This document shows, one piece after another, positions 59,132 through 64,000 of a stretch of DNA of 64,000 bases (within the stretch, counting starts at the first letter, position 1; each line of letters begins with the position of its first letter). A program made the position numbers and the translations under genes. Source of the DNA: Longimicrobiales bacterium (GTDB lineage Bacteria > Gemmatimonadota > Gemmatimonadetes > Longimicrobiales > Gaopeijiaceae); contig OZ241892.1 in the NCBI GenBank assembly GCA_965203485.1, positions 1,184,001-1,248,000 on the forward strand. The letters are read 5' to 3'. The notes under the pieces are model-generated. The model worked only from the letters and a program-made list of their open reading frames with translations, ran no database searches and was not told the origin of the DNA.

Positions 59132-60768
59132 GCGCGAGCAGCGCGCGGGCCGTGGACGCGAGCGGCTCCGAGAGCGCCCGCGGCCCACATGGCGGACGCC
59201 CGCCCCCCCCGACGGCGCCCTTTGTCCTGATTCTGGTCTCGTTGGCGGCGGCCGGGGGCTTGCACGTGCTGTTCCGCACCGCCACGCACGGGTTGGCGTT
59301 GACGGCCGACGGGCTCGACATGTGGTCGGCCGCGCTCAACTTTCTCGACGGCGAAGGACTCGTGGACTTCTCGGGGCGGCCGCTCGTCCATCAACCCCCG
59401 CTCCTGGCCCTGTTGATGGCCGCGGCCGGCTGGGTCGGCCTGGACATGCTCGAGGCCGCCCGCTGGGCGAACGCGGCCGCGTTCGCCGCAACGCTGCTCG
59501 TCTTGGGACTCTGGCTTGCCAGAACAGCTTGGTCGCGGACCGTGGCGGCCGGCGCAGTCCTGGTGGCGGCTGCCGCTTGGCCGCTCGGCTTCGGGGCGGC
59601 GCACCTGCTGAGCGAAGCGCTCATGATCCTGCTTGTCGTAGCGGCGCTCGTGTTGCTGGACGCCTTCCTGCACCGCGGCGCGAGGCCGTCCGCCTTGGCG
59701 TGCGCCGCCGGCTTTGCCGGCTTGGCCGGCTTGGCCCGGTATCCCAGCGTGACGGTGATCCTCGCCGGCTTGGCCACGCTCCTGCTTGACCGCAACGCGG
59801 CCGTCCTGGCGCGGCTCAAGCATGCCGTCGTCTACGGGGGCGTCGGGTCGGTTCCGACGGCCGCGGTCCTGACAAGGAACTGGATCGTCGCGGGGACTGC
59901 CACCGGAGATGATAGATTCGACTCAGCGTCCGTGCCGGACTTCCTGGACATTTCGCTCCAGGCGGGCAAGGCGCTCGCTACCTGGGCGGCGCCGGGCGCC
60001 GGACCCGAATGGTTCGGTCATCTGCCCTGGATCGTCGCGGGAACGCTGTGCGCGGCGATCGTCGTTGCGCTCGTCGCGTTTCCTCGCGCGGCTGGGCTCC
60101 CGCGCGCCGGGGTGCCCGCCCCCGACCCGGCGGTTCGCCTGTTCGCGCTTTTCGCCGGCATCTACTTCGCGTTCATGTGCACCGCTGTTTCGGTGGTCAC
60201 TTGGCAAGAGCTCGACAGTCGGTACCTGTCGCCCATGTTCGTTCCGGTCGTTGCGCTGGCGGCGTTGCTCGTGGACCGCTTCGCGCGCATCCAGGCAGAG
60301 GGCCGGGGCCTCCTCGCGAAGCGGACGCTGACTGCGGCCGTGCTGGTCGGCTCTGTCGCGCACTTGGCGTTCGCAGTTCGCCAGAACGCCGTCGTCACCG
60401 CCGAGTGGAGACAGCGCGGCAACGCCACGTGGGCGGCCTACAACAGCGCCTTTTGGGACGAGTCCGCGACCCTTCGAGCGGTTTCGCGCGGGCGCGTGGA
60501 CGCCGTCGTCTACAGCAACGACGCCCCCTTGCTCTGGTACAACGACCGCTCGGCGCCGACGGGAACGTACAGGCGGTTGCCCCGGGTGGCCCGGCGCCTC
60601 GGCGTCTCCTTGGACGGCGAGAGCAGCATCGTGTGGTTCGACGAAATGCCGATCAACACGATGTTCTACGACGTCTCGGATGTCCTGGCGATGCCGCGGG
60701 TCAGGATGTCCGCCGAGTGGGACGACGGAATGCTCCTTCGCGTGAGCGCGCCGGCGCGGACGCCATGA
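59128..60768 (+). CDS. ArnT/PMT-like GT-C membrane glycosyltransferase
   Basis: Multiple TM helices; ADG...SAA.N, HQPPLL, LSEAL, LARY, RYLSP. Confidence 0.65.
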   Translation: MSASSARAVDASGSESARGPHGGRPPPPTAPFVLILVSLAAAGGLHVLFRTATHGLALTADGLDMWSAALNFLDGEGLVDFSGRPLVHQPPLLALLMAAAGWVGLDMLEAARWANAAAFAATLLVLGLWLARTAWSRTVAAGAVLVAAAAWPLGFGAAHLLSEALMILLVVAALVLLDAFLHRGARPSALACAAGFAGLAGLARYPSVTVILAGLATLLLDRNAAVLARLKHAVVYGGVGSVPTAAVLTRNWIVAGTATGDDRFDSASVPDFLDISLQAGKALATWAAPGAGPEWFGHLPWIVAGTLCAAIVVALVAFPRAAGLPRAGVPAPDPAVRLFALFAGIYFAFMCTAVSVVTWQELDSRYLSPMFVPVVALAALLVDRFARIQAEGRGLLAKRTLTAAVLVGSVAHLAFAVRQNAVVTAEWRQRGNATWAAYNSAFWDESATLRAVSRGRVDAVVYSNDAPLLWYNDRSAPTGTYRRLPRVARRLGVSLDGESSIVWFDEMPINTMFYDVSDVLAMPRVRMSAEWDDGMLLRVSAPARTP

Positions 60769-60877
60769 CCCGGCCCGTTCCCCGCTGAAGTCCGTCGCGT
60801 CCCAACCGCCGACGCAACTCCATTGGCTTCGGCCTTTGCGCCGCCTCCAGGCGCAAACCGTCCCGTCCTGCCCCCTC

Positions 60878-61723
60878 CTATTCGTCGGCCAGCGGGTCCC
60901 GCGCCCGTCTCCTGCGCGGGCGGGCGGGCTTCTTCTTGAGCGGCTTGGCGGGCGTGCCGGCGTACACGGTTCCCGCTGCCGTGTCCCGCGTCACCACGGA
61001 CCCCGCGCCGACCATCGAGTCGGCGGCCAAGCGCGCGCCGGCCAGGATCGTGGCGTGGTACGCGATCCGGACTCCTCGTCCGACGTTGGTCGGCGGCGTC
61101 CGCACCATCTGGGCGTCGGCGACGTCGTGGGTGTGCGAGTACACGTTGGCGAAGTCGGCGATCGAGGCCCCGTCGCCGATGCGGATTCCGCCTCGGTCGT
61201 CCAGCAGCACGTGACGGTGGACCACCACGTTGTCGCCCACTTCAAGCCCGTAGCCGAACGTGAGCCTGACGTAGCTGAACGCCTTGAAGTTCTTGCCGCA
61301 GGCGCCGAATATCCTCTTCGCCAGCATTCGGCGGAACTTGACCCCCAGGTGGACGTTTTCGCCCAGCAGGCTCCTGTCGAACATCTCCCACAGCCAGATG
61401 AGCGGCTTGACCCGCGCGTAGCGCTCGACGTCGATCTCGGCGTAGTACTCGGGCTCCAACGTGACCCTGCGCGGGTCCAGGTGGTCGAGCAGGACGCGAG
61501 TGTGGAGCGTCATCTCGCCCGGCGCCGCGTCTTCTTCGACCATGACTCCGCCGGGCAGGTATATGTCCCCCAGCACTCGGCGGCAGAAGTGGTTGCGGTC
61601 GGTGGCCGGGTCGGAGAGCTCCTCGTCCAGCGCGGCGATCCATCGGTCGTAGCGTTGCTCCGCTCCGCGCCCGAGCGCTACGCGGCGAAGCGGAAGAAGG
61701 CGATGGTCGTCTGTCCGGGCCAT
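60878..61723 (-). CDS. Hexapeptide-repeat (LbH) acyltransferase
   Basis: LEVGDNVVVH, IRIGDGASI, VYSHTH, VGAGSVVTRD, G.PAK. Confidence 0.85.
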   Translation of the reverse strand: MARTDDHRLLPLRRVALGRGAEQRYDRWIAALDEELSDPATDRNHFCRRVLGDIYLPGGVMVEEDAAPGEMTLHTRVLLDHLDPRRVTLEPEYYAEIDVERYARVKPLIWLWEMFDRSLLGENVHLGVKFRRMLAKRIFGACGKNFKAFSYVRLTFGYGLEVGDNVVVHRHVLLDDRGGIRIGDGASIADFANVYSHTHDVADAQMVRTPPTNVGRGVRIAYHATILAGARLAADSMVGAGSVVTRDTAAGTVYAGTPAKPLKKKPARPRRRRARDPLADE

Positions 61724-61909
61724 GGTTCGGCATTCGTGCAAGTTGCGGCGCCTGCTTCCCGGCGGCGGACGCGAAGCTCGGCCGGGATATCTCCGGGCGG
61801 GTCGTCCGCCGGGCACGGCGGCATGGAGCGGCACCAAGAATAACGAGGCACGACGGCGGGGATCTCCGGGCCGGTTGCGCCGGTCGGGGGGCGGGGCGTT
61901 ATTCAGTCC

Positions 61910-63875
<1,966 letters not shown>

Positions 63876-64000
63876 GGCGCATGAGCGGACGTCCAGTCGC
63901 AGCACGCCCGGGCGGCGGTCCGTCAGCCGGCGTCTTCCGCCCGGCTCTGCGGTCAGGCCACGGCGCGCTCGGGTGGCGGCCCAGGCGGCGGCCTCCCCAG

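Noticed and set aside
63881..64000. Partial ORF after guaB
   Set aside because: Only 40 codons are visible and there is no recognisable motif.

Overview
High-GC bacterial chromosomal segment. Gene content and protein style suggest Gemmatimonadota, possibly a host- or sponge-associated lineage (inference only). Most of the window is housekeeping or catabolic: recQ, RNase G/E, a CoA-dependent beta-oxidation cluster, nfeD-floA, acnA, gltA, thymidine phosphorylase, PBP1A, aroB, etfBA, moeA and guaB. Two accessory regions stand out. (1) An 11.5-kb giant surface-protein gene (21 DxDxDG-containing Ig-like repeats, 4 cadherin repeats, an Ig-like domain and an autotransporter-type C-terminus). It is bracketed on both sides by identical AG-C18 homopolymers. 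The upstream tract lies inside a leader ORF and could act as a three-state slipped-strand switch. The gene also shows a G-to-C synonymous codon gradient. (2) A tRNA-Leu(CAA) neighbourhood with a fused CapRel-like toxSAS anti-phage candidate, a secreted Cys-rich peptide paired with a beta-propeller lipoprotein, and a 390-bp internally deleted ISL3 element. All calls come from reading motifs by eye; no database searches were run.
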